A DNA stretch of 64,000 nucleotides, taken from positions 38,907-102,906 of the forward strand of contig CALVNW010000003.1 in assembly GCA_944350015.1 (NCBI GenBank). The letters run 5' to 3'. Under the pieces are notes generated by a model. The model searched no databases and was not told where the DNA came from. It saw nothing but the letters and a program-made list of their open reading frames with translations. The DNA is from an uncultured Clostridia bacterium (GTDB lineage: Bacteria > Bacillota > Clostridia > Christensenellales > UBA1242). Made by a program: the position numbers and the translations under genes. The stretch's first letter is position 1, and every line of letters starts with the position of its first letter. Positions 46,043 to 54,020 of this stretch are shown here, in pieces.

Positions 46043-48247
46043 ATGAAAAGTTTAAAAGTCAAATTAGTGTCAATAGTGTCGGCGTTTATACTAGCCTTGT
46101 CATTGCTGATAGTTGGAGTATGGGCGGTAGGGAGCCAAACCATTAAACTAAAGGGTAGCGTTACGTTTGAGGTAACAGATAAAAGATTGTATATTAAAGA
46201 TGTTCGTATGCAAGAGAGTATGGATGGTCAGCCTTATAGCTTAAAAGAAGGGGGAGAGTTTATACCTGGGTTTGTTAATACAAGCTTTAGTATGGATTTA
46301 GGCACGTTTGTTAACAGTTACGGCTCCTTTGCCTTATACTTTGATGTCATTAATACGATGGATGAGCAAACAAGTGAGGCTATAGCATATATTGTAGAAC
46401 AAATTACAGCACCAAGCAATGCATCGACAAGCGTGTATTTATTAGACGTAAATGGAATTGAAACAAATAAAATCCCAGAGGGGACAGTGTTTCCTACAGA
46501 AATAAATCCAGACACCCCCATTTCAGCGACAATAAAACTTATTATCACATCGACTCCAAGTGCGCAAGTTGATTTAAATGAAATAGTGCTTACGTTGAGT
46601 GAGTATGAGGCGCAAACTTATGAGTATTTTACTTTTGATATAAACGAAGATAATTCAACAGTGACCTTAACTAAATTTAATGAAGATTTAGCGAATGGAC
46701 TTACAGACATAGTTATACCCGAGAAGGTGGACTGCGTAAACGATGTATGGGTAGATGGTGACAGATATACAGTTACAGCGCTAGCTGGAGGCTCTACTTC
46801 TAACTCGGGAGTGTTTTATAATGCCGGAATAACGAGTATAGAATTGCCTTCAACATTAGAGAGCATTGGAGACTTTACATTCTATGCTTGCAATAGCCTG
46901 CAACCATCAATAACCGACCAAGAGGGTGTAAAATATTTAGGCAATGAACAGAACCCATATATGGTATTATGGGATGGTGATGGCTTAACAACTACAACAT
47001 ATACTGTCAATTCAAACTGTAAATTTATATATACAAATTCGTTTTATTATAATGACAAGCTTACAAACATAGATTTAAGTAAATCTGCAAACTTAATAAG
47101 CATAGGGATAAGTGCATTTAGAGGTTGTCAGATCACAAGTCTTGACTTAAGTGACTGTGCAAATTTAACAAGTATAGGGAGTTCTGCATTCTCTGGTTGT
47201 GACGGTCTTGAAGGGGATTTAAATTTAAAAGCTTGTACAAGTTTAACAAGTATAGGCGATGAAGCATTTTGGAGTTGTTATAATCTTACAGGCCTAACCC
47301 TACCAAATAGTTTAATTAGTATAGGTGATGAGGCGTTTACAGCAATTAGAGAACTTACTGGAACGGTAACAATACCAGCTAGTGTAATGGAAATAGGAAT
47401 CAATCCATTTGGTAGTTGCTGGAGCCTAGAAGGTTTAGTAGTAGAAGAAGAAAATAGCAAATACTATAGCAAAGGTAGTAATTGCATTATAGAAAGTTCA
47501 ACGGATGCAGTAGTGTCAGGCTGTAAAAATTCAACTTTGCCTAGTGATGTTAAATCAATAGGTGAGCGAGCATTCCATCAATGTGAAGAACTAACAAGTA
47601 TAGACTTTAGTAAATGTACTAGTTTATCAAGCATAGACAACTCAGCATTTGACCAGTGCACTGGACTTAAAAGTATAAATTTAAGAGAATGCACTAGTTT
47701 AACAAGTATAGGGGAGTCTGCATTCGAGTATTGCACTGGACTTAAAAGTCTGAGTTTGCCATCAAGCTTAATAAGTATAGGGAGAAGTGCGTTTGACAGT
47801 TGTGAAAACCTTACGGGAACGTTAAACCTAAGTAATTGCACAAGACTAACAAGCATAGGGGTACGTTCATTTTCACAATGCAAGATTACAAGTTTAAGTT
47901 TGCCATCAAGTTTAACGAGTATAGAGAGTAATGCGTTTAGAGAGTGCGAAAGTCTTGAAAATATAACTTTGGCAGAAGGTTTAACAAGTATAGGGGATTA
48001 TGCATTCGCCTCTTGCACTACGCTTACAAATATAACCTTGCCATCAAGTGTAACTTTTATAGGGAAGGGCGTGTTTTATAATTGTGCTTATTTGAATTCG
48101 GTGAGATTTAGCAATACTTCAGGGTGGTATATTACAGAGGATGAGACGGCGACAAGCGGAACAGGCATAACAGTTAGCAATTCTAGTACTAATGCAACAA
48201 ATTTAAAAACAACTTATCGTAGTTACTATTGGAAACGTAATGTGTAG
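46043..48247 (+). CDS. secreted surface protein with a TasA/camelysin-like signal peptide, an N-terminal beta-rich domain and a long BspA-type LRR array
   Basis: MKSLKVKLVSIVSAFILALSLLIVGVWAVG N-terminus. About 14 LRR units (..LTSIGxxAFxxCxxL..). C-terminal tail ..VSNSSTNATNLKTTYRSYYWKRNV. Confidence 0.92.
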   Translation: MKSLKVKLVSIVSAFILALSLLIVGVWAVGSQTIKLKGSVTFEVTDKRLYIKDVRMQESMDGQPYSLKEGGEFIPGFVNTSFSMDLGTFVNSYGSFALYFDVINTMDEQTSEAIAYIVEQITAPSNASTSVYLLDVNGIETNKIPEGTVFPTEINPDTPISATIKLIITSTPSAQVDLNEIVLTLSEYEAQTYEYFTFDINEDNSTVTLTKFNEDLANGLTDIVIPEKVDCVNDVWVDGDRYTVTALAGGSTSNSGVFYNAGITSIELPSTLESIGDFTFYACNSLQPSITDQEGVKYLGNEQNPYMVLWDGDGLTTTTYTVNSNCKFIYTNSFYYNDKLTNIDLSKSANLISIGISAFRGCQITSLDLSDCANLTSIGSSAFSGCDGLEGDLNLKACTSLTSIGDEAFWSCYNLTGLTLPNSLISIGDEAFTAIRELTGTVTIPASVMEIGINPFGSCWSLEGLVVEEENSKYYSKGSNCIIESSTDAVVSGCKNSTLPSDVKSIGERAFHQCEELTSIDFSKCTSLSSIDNSAFDQCTGLKSINLRECTSLTSIGESAFEYCTGLKSLSLPSSLISIGRSAFDSCENLTGTLNLSNCTRLTSIGVRSFSQCKITSLSLPSSLTSIESNAFRECESLENITLAEGLTSIGDYAFASCTTLTNITLPSSVTFIGKGVFYNCAYLNSVRFSNTSGWYITEDETATSGTGITVSNSSTNATNLKTTYRSYYWKRNV

Positions 48248-48293
48248 ACAACTAGGAAGGACATTAAAAAAATATTAAATATAGTTTATTCAA

Positions 48294-48349
48294 AATAAAG
48301 TAAAGTTTTAGTTATCCCTATGGGTTAAACTGCTTTACTTTATTTTTTT
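48294..48349 (+). terminator. rho-independent terminator
   Basis: aaataaagtaaag / ctttactttattt stem followed by a T run. Confidence 0.75.
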
Positions 48350-48380
48350 AAACAATTATTTTTACTTTTCAAACATCATT

Positions 48381-48713
48381 AGGAACTCTAAAGTTTAGAA
48401 AGCCCCCACACCAACCTTAGGTTGGACCAGTAGCGTTGAGTGTATCTGTAATTTTATTTTACCTTGGTCCACAAAAACATTAAAAATAATCCTCTTTTTG
48501 GGGTTACAGATAGCGTGTCGCATTTTTTCGAGCCTTACGCTCGGCGTTTTCAACCATCCTCATTGGTAGTTTTTGCGGAGAGATAAGCGATCGTAGCATT
48601 TTTTGGTGATAAATTCGAGCGAAGTACGTCAATTTGCTTGACAAAAAATGCGGGGGGGGTAAAATAGGTTAGCAAAAATAAATTTTTGCTAACCTATTTT
48701 ACAGTAAAAAGGA
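48381..48713 (+). repeat. conserved mosaic upstream cassette, copy 3 of 4 (before gene 48720)
   Basis: Has the ctaaagtttagaaagccccc block, the ccaaccttaggttgg hairpin, a 40-nt unit (48431-48470), the cgagccttacgctcg block and the promoter/palindrome. It lacks the P2/leader part. Confidence 0.85.
48638..48701 (+). promoter_or_regulatory. P1 promoter with G8 spacer tract and palindrome (copy 3)
   Basis: TTGACA 48638-48643, G8 48652-48659, TAAAAT 48660-48665. Palindrome arms 48660-48679 and 48682-48701. The RBS follows within 10 nt. Confidence 0.6.
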
Positions 48714-48719
48714 GTGAAT

Positions 48720-50087
48720 ATGAAAAATTTAAGGTTCAAATTAACATCAGCGGTTATGGCGTTTGTGATTGTGACAAGTTTAGTGATTGTCGCAGTAGTA
48801 GCAGTGCCAAACATCAATTTAAGTATAAATGGCAATGTATCGTTTGTGGTAAACGAGACAGACGTTTACCTAAACAAGGTTACACTTAAGAACACAGTAA
48901 CAGAGATAGAGGAAGGTATCTATCAAGCAGGAGATAAAGTGCTTGATAATTATAGTGACCTATATATCCAAGAAAATACAAGTATAGATATTTCAGATGT
49001 GACAGTATTATCAAATCAGACAATGGAGATAGATTTTGATATGACTTCACTAAATGCAAACTATATCAAAGTGAATTTGTCTTATCAAAACTTGCCAAGC
49101 ACAGTGCATATAGCAAGCACAAGTTTGTATATGCCAAAGAACCCAAGTGAAGATTTGCTCCAAGGAGATACAAGAACATATAAAATTTATATCAAGAACA
49201 CCGGCACTTCAGCATTAAACCTATCAAATATAAATCTTCAGATATCCTTTGAAGAAAAGACTTCTTTACTACAAAATGATACCACAAATCAATACTACTA
49301 TGTAGAGATGGGAACAATAGCCACCTCAACAGGTAGCGAGTATATTAAGTGGAGATATATCTCAGCAGATGGCGAGAATGCATACACCTATAACTCAACC
49401 ACAGCCCCAACAGGGACAGGCTACTTTATCTTAGAAACAAATGTGTTAGATGCTGTAGGCTTAGACGGTACAAACAATATGATAGAGGTGCCATTTAATG
49501 CAGATTATATACAGGATGATGTTGAAGCTGATATAGAAAATCATCATATGCAGAACGGCTGGGAGAATATAGCCGCTAATGACTATTCAACAAGCAATGT
49601 AAGACAATATATCAATGGTAATAATGTATATGATGATAGAACTCTTGCAAACAACATATTTACCCCATCAGGTAGATATTCAAATATGTACGCTGACTAT
49701 AACATAGATCCAGAGAATGACTTAGTATATCAAAATATAATAGGGAGAAGTCTAGGAGATTTATATAAAGGTATGGGCTGGGATGGAAATAAATTTCCAC
49801 CAACATATTTTGATACTACTTTTCCAACCTTTAACGAAGGAGCAACAATAAAGTATACGGAAAATGACGTAGATAAATTCTGGTTATTATCATATAAAGA
49901 AGCTTACAATCTTTTCCCTACTATGTCAGATAGCTTATGGATGGATATATATTGGCTCCGCTCGCCTTATTCCCATACCGGTAAAGGTATGTGGGGATGT
50001 TATGTTGATAGCTCGGGTGATTTCTATTACACTAATGTTGTCCTCAGCAATCTCGCGGCTCGAGCAGCTTTCAAATTTTCGATTTAG
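48720..50087 (+). CDS. secreted protein of the same signal-peptide family with a C-terminal WLRSP..AARAAF (DUF6273-like) domain
   Basis: MKNLRFKLTSAVMAFVIVTSLVIVAVVAV N-terminus. GGAG lies 5 nt before ATG 48720. C-terminal ..DIYWLRSPYSHTG....SNLAARAAFKFSI. Confidence 0.88.
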   Translation: MKNLRFKLTSAVMAFVIVTSLVIVAVVAVPNINLSINGNVSFVVNETDVYLNKVTLKNTVTEIEEGIYQAGDKVLDNYSDLYIQENTSIDISDVTVLSNQTMEIDFDMTSLNANYIKVNLSYQNLPSTVHIASTSLYMPKNPSEDLLQGDTRTYKIYIKNTGTSALNLSNINLQISFEEKTSLLQNDTTNQYYYVEMGTIATSTGSEYIKWRYISADGENAYTYNSTTAPTGTGYFILETNVLDAVGLDGTNNMIEVPFNADYIQDDVEADIENHHMQNGWENIAANDYSTSNVRQYINGNNVYDDRTLANNIFTPSGRYSNMYADYNIDPENDLVYQNIIGRSLGDLYKGMGWDGNKFPPTYFDTTFPTFNEGATIKYTENDVDKFWLLSYKEAYNLFPTMSDSLWMDIYWLRSPYSHTGKGMWGCYVDSSGDFYYTNVVLSNLAARAAFKFSI

Positions 50088-50091
50088 CATA

Positions 50092-50125
50092 AAAGGGATA
50101 TTTTTAAATATCCCTTTTTGTTTTA
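50092..50125. terminator. terminator between convergent genes
   Basis: aaagggatat / atatcccttt stem followed by a T-rich run. Confidence 0.7.
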
Positions 50126-50145
50126 AGGTTTCAAACCCTGATTTT

Positions 50146-50460
50146 CTATATCAGTTTATATAAACATCTTTTTAAATCTACCTTATTTGCGATGAAGGTT
50201 ACGCCTTCGTCGGCTAGAAGGCGGTACTGTTCATTGGCTCCACCAAAGGCAAATGCACTTGACAAACTTCCATCTGAAAAGACAACTCTATGGCAAGGAA
50301 CCTTGATAGGGTAAGGGTTTTTGTGGAGCGCCCATCCCACTTGTCTTGCATAGTAAGGTTTGCCTAAAAACCTAGCTATCTCACCATAGGTGCTAACCTT
50401 ACCTTTAGGTATCAATTTTACAGCTTCATAAACTTGATTAAAAAAGTTTTCGTTTTCCAT
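50146..50460 (-). CDS. MGMT-family protein (methylated-DNA-protein-cysteine methyltransferase active-site domain only)
   Basis: PCHRVV active-site motif. 104 aa, equivalent to the C-terminal domain alone. Confidence 0.8.
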   Translation of the reverse strand: MENENFFNQVYEAVKLIPKGKVSTYGEIARFLGKPYYARQVGWALHKNPYPIKVPCHRVVFSDGSLSSAFAFGGANEQYRLLADEGVTFIANKVDLKRCLYKLI

Positions 50461-50514
50461 ATATTAATTTTATCATAAAAGTTTTAAAATGTCTAATTTT
50501 ATATCAAATTAATA

Positions 50515-50727
50515 ATGTTGCGAATAAATAAATATATGGATAAAAAGAAAAAACTTGATTTAAGTGGTGCGGAGCTCGTTTCACTTGCGTGTTCTCTCGC
50601 TATAAGTTTTGCAAGCGTCTACGAATGTGATGATTTAAGAAGGCTGAGATTATTTTTTCAATCAATAGCATCAAATATTACTATAATTGAGCTTGAGGGT
50701 TTAAATAAATTTAAAGATAAAAAATAA
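50515..50727 (+). CDS. hypothetical small protein
   Basis: 70-aa ORF. Weak evidence and no family recognised. Confidence 0.3.
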   Translation: MLRINKYMDKKKKLDLSGAELVSLACSLAISFASVYECDDLRRLRLFFQSIASNITIIELEGLNKFKDKK

Positions 50728-50944
50728 TTATTGACTAGTAATTCCCTAGCCAATAATTTTTTATTAATTTATTAAATATAATTATTAAAAGGCGTTTTAT
50801 TTTTCAAAAAATTCCTTTTCTATTTATAAATATTTTTTAATTTTTTTATAAAAATATTTATAATTTATTATTTTTTTAATTTTTTTCTTTACTAAATTAA
50901 TTTATTAATTGCAAGTCTAAAAATCTTAATAAATAAAATTATTT

Positions 50945-51451
50945 TCACATTATTTTACATAGAAGGCAGGCAAACACAGCGCCAAAAGTTGCGCATATTA
51001 ATGCAATTGGTATTGCGTAAAGCAACTTTTTGACTTTCGTCTGAGAGATGTATACTGTTGTTACATAAAATATTGTTTCGCTACATCCGAGTATTACACA
51101 GGCACATCTTGAGATATATGAGTCGGCACCATACTGTACGAGGACATCGTTAAGAAGGGCGTAGCTTCCTGAGCCAGTAAATGGGCGAAGAAGGACGAGC
51201 TCTATAAGCTCAGTTGGCACGCCTAAAAAATTAAAGACAGGAGAAAGCGCGTTTGCAAGTAGTGCGGTTATACCGCTTGCCCGTAATAGCGCAACGGCAA
51301 CCATAATGGCAGCGATATATGGGAAGATGTCGACTACAAGAGGTATAGACTTTTTTGCACCTCTTACAAAGGTGTCATAGGTGTTGACTTTTTTATATTT
51401 ACTATAGCAAAATATTGCTATGAATATAATAGGAATAATATAGGCGCTCAT
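50945..51451 (-). CDS. spmB: spore maturation protein B
   Basis: Nucleoside-recognition-type membrane protein immediately downstream of, and overlapping, spmA. Confidence 0.8.
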   Translation of the reverse strand: MSAYIIPIIFIAIFCYSKYKKVNTYDTFVRGAKKSIPLVVDIFPYIAAIMVAVALLRASGITALLANALSPVFNFLGVPTELIELVLLRPFTGSGSYALLNDVLVQYGADSYISRCACVILGCSETIFYVTTVYISQTKVKKLLYAIPIALICATFGAVFACLLCKIM

Positions 51452-52026
51452 TTTTTTTTCCTTTTTAGTTTGTCACGAATATGGTTGCAGAGCTTAACTA
51501 GGCAAATGCCAAGAAGGCAAGTGCAAAAGGTGACTATAATTGTAGGCAAGATTATATCAGAAGGCGAGGTTGACCCTGCGCTTGAACGGAGTCCGACAAC
51601 AGTGCTTGGAAGAAGTTGCAATGATGTCGCGTTTAATACGATCAGCATAATCATTGCATTTGTTGCAACACCACTACCATCGTCAAGCCTTTTGATTGCA
51701 TTTATTCCCATAGGTGTTGCGGCATTGCCAAGCCCTAAAATATTTGCCGACATATTGAGAGCAATCATTTTTTCTGTTTCTTTGTCATCAATTTTAAAAA
51801 GTTTTTTTATAAGAGGATGTAGAAGTTTTGCAAGTTTTTCACTAAGCCCACTAGCCTCTACAAGTTCAAGCACTCCAAGCCATACCGCGTAAACGGCGCA
51901 TAGTTCAATGCAGAGTGAAAAGGCTTCCCCTGAGGCGTCTATCATAGAGTCTAATACAGAAGAAGGGTCGCGCCAAAGCAAGAAACAGATTGAGCCTACA
52001 ACCATCACAAACCATATTTTATTCAT
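51448..52026 (-). CDS. spmA: spore maturation protein A
   Basis: MNKIWFVMVVGSI.. start and multi-TM architecture typical of SpmA. Paired with spmB. Confidence 0.8.
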   Translation of the reverse strand: MNKIWFVMVVGSICFLLWRDPSSVLDSMIDASGEAFSLCIELCAVYAVWLGVLELVEASGLSEKLAKLLHPLIKKLFKIDDKETEKMIALNMSANILGLGNAATPMGINAIKRLDDGSGVATNAMIMLIVLNATSLQLLPSTVVGLRSSAGSTSPSDIILPTIIVTFCTCLLGICLVKLCNHIRDKLKRKKK

Positions 52027-52198
52027 AATTTAATTTATTCCTTTACTTTTTTATTTAGAATTAGCAAGCAAATTTATCTTATCAATATTATTTATGAGTT
52101 TTTTGTTTGATTTGGGTATATATTTTTAGTTGATTTTGCTCAAAAAGAGATTTGACAAAATTTAAAAAAAAGGCTAAAATATTTTTCAAGGAGTTATT

Positions 52199-52963
52199 AT
52201 GCTTATAGATACGCACGCCCACTTATCAGATGGAGCTTTTGACGATATAAGAGGAGAGGTTATAGAAAAGGCTAGACAATGTAGTGTTGCAAAAATAATC
52301 ACCTCAGGCTCAGATTACAAATCTTCACTTGAGGCGTTTTCTCTTGCACAAAAATATGAGGACATCTATTGTTCGATAGGTATTTATCCTGAAAGCATTT
52401 TGGAGCTAAACGATGAGGTCGAAAGCAAACTTTACAAATTAGGACAAGATAAAAAGGTGGTTGCCATTGGCGAGATTGGCTTGCAGTATACTGAGGGTGC
52501 GCCTGACAGGGAACTACAAAAATGTGGTTTTATAAGACAGATAAAATTGGCGTTTAATTTAAATAAACCGATTGTAATTCATTGCAGAGATGCATACGGA
52601 GATTTGATTGACTTATTAAAGAAAAATAGAGAATATTTTAGCGGGGGAACGCTTCATTGCTATGGAGGAAGTTATGAGATTGCAATGGAAGCAATAAAGC
52701 TTGGCTACTATATATCTGTTGGCGGGGTTTCAACCTTTAAAAATGCACAAAATATAAAAGAAGTTTTAAAGAAATTGCCTCTTGAGCGTTTTGTGCTTGA
52801 AACAGATTGTCCATATCTTACTCCGCACCCCTTTAGAGGCAAACTCAATATGCCAAGCTACATTCCAACAATTGCAGAGAATTTAGCAGAACTTAAAGGG
52901 GTGACAGTTGAAGAGGTTGCAAAGCAGTCTACCATTAATGCTAGGAGGCTTTTTAATATATGA
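52199..52963 (+). CDS. tatD: TatD-family metal-dependent DNase/hydrolase
   Basis: IDTHAHL start motif, EIGLQY, VIHCRDA, ETDCPYLTP. Confidence 0.9.
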   Translation: MLIDTHAHLSDGAFDDIRGEVIEKARQCSVAKIITSGSDYKSSLEAFSLAQKYEDIYCSIGIYPESILELNDEVESKLYKLGQDKKVVAIGEIGLQYTEGAPDRELQKCGFIRQIKLAFNLNKPIVIHCRDAYGDLIDLLKKNREYFSGGTLHCYGGSYEIAMEAIKLGYYISVGGVSTFKNAQNIKEVLKKLPLERFVLETDCPYLTPHPFRGKLNMPSYIPTIAENLAELKGVTVEEVAKQSTINARRLFNI

Positions 52964-53739
52964 TAGAACATAAATTCAAAAAGAAGTTTGGACAAAACTT
53001 TTTGACCGACAAAAATTTATTAAATGCCATTGTTCAAGACGCGGGTTTGACAAAAGAGGATGATGTGCTTGAAATTGGCGCAGGTGCAGGGGCTTTAACA
53101 CAAATTCTTTCGCAAAATGCAAAAAGTGTTGTGAGCTACGAAATAGATGCAGATTTAAAAGAAACCTTACTTTCATTAAATCTATCAAATGTAAAGTTTT
53201 ATTTTCAAGATATTATGAAAGTGGACATTGAGACAATAGAAAAGGATTTTGGTGAAAGCTATAAAGTCGTTGCGAATCTTCCATATTACATTACCTCGCC
53301 AATCATTTTTAAATTTTTAAGCAAATCAAAAAAACTTTCATCTTTAACTATTATGGTTCAAAAAGAGGTGGCACAGAGAATAATTGCGGGTAGTGGTGGA
53401 GACTACGGAGTGCTGTCAATTATGGTGCAGTTTTTTGGTGAGGCAAAAATTACGCGCATCGTCAGTCGCAAACTTTTTTATCCAGAGCCAAATGTAGACT
53501 CAGCAGTTGTGAGAATTGATGTGAGGCGTAGGGACGATAGTATTGATAGCCAGGACTTTCTAGAGTTTGTACAGACTTGTTTTTCTATGAGAAGAAAAAC
53601 TTTAAAGAATAATTTATCAAAAAATCCAAAATATAAAATAGATAAAATTAACAGCGAATATCTTTCAAAAAGAGCAGAAAGTTTTACTCTTGACCAGTTC
53701 ATTTTGATATATAAAAATTTGGTTGAAGAGCAAGGCTAG
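52960..53739 (+). CDS. rsmA: 16S rRNA (adenine1518/1519-N6)-dimethyltransferase RsmA (KsgA)
   Basis: KKFGQNFL, EIGAGAGALT, NLPYYITSPI. ATGA overlap with tatD. Confidence 0.93.
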   Translation: MIEHKFKKKFGQNFLTDKNLLNAIVQDAGLTKEDDVLEIGAGAGALTQILSQNAKSVVSYEIDADLKETLLSLNLSNVKFYFQDIMKVDIETIEKDFGESYKVVANLPYYITSPIIFKFLSKSKKLSSLTIMVQKEVAQRIIAGSGGDYGVLSIMVQFFGEAKITRIVSRKLFYPEPNVDSAVVRIDVRRRDDSIDSQDFLEFVQTCFSMRRKTLKNNLSKNPKYKIDKINSEYLSKRAESFTLDQFILIYKNLVEEQG

Positions 53740-53746
53740 CGCTTAT

Positions 53747-53806
53747 CATTTCGCACGTACCCGTGCGAAATGAGGCAGTTACTTCTGTAACTGCCTCAAG
53801 TTTTTC
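53747..53806 (+). terminator. two tandem 11-bp-stem hairpins, the second acting as the rsmA terminator
   Basis: catttcgcacg/cgtgcgaaatg (53747-53772) and gaggcagttac/gtaactgcctc (53773-53798), followed by aagttttt. Confidence 0.7.
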
Positions 53807-54020
53807 AAGGAAAAACTTAGATAAGCACTGTCATTTTGTCTAAAAAACATATTTAAAATGTAATTATAAAATAAAAATTATTTAATTTTAATAATATTTT
53901 TGGTAAATAAAAGACACAATTTATCAAAAATAAATATTTTTTTAATCATTTTGTTGTAATTTGTATTTTTATTTGTTATAATGAGAATGATAAATTAGAT
54001 TTTTAAAAAGGGGGCGGAGT

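Noticed and set aside
45361-46146. Track ORFs 45361..45657, 45889..46146, 59373..59645 and 48686..48889 as protein-coding genes
   Set aside because: They read straight through the repeated non-coding cassette (promoter, palindromes, hairpins) or overlap the real signal-peptide start out of frame. Their sequences are low-complexity and not conserved as protein between cassette copies.
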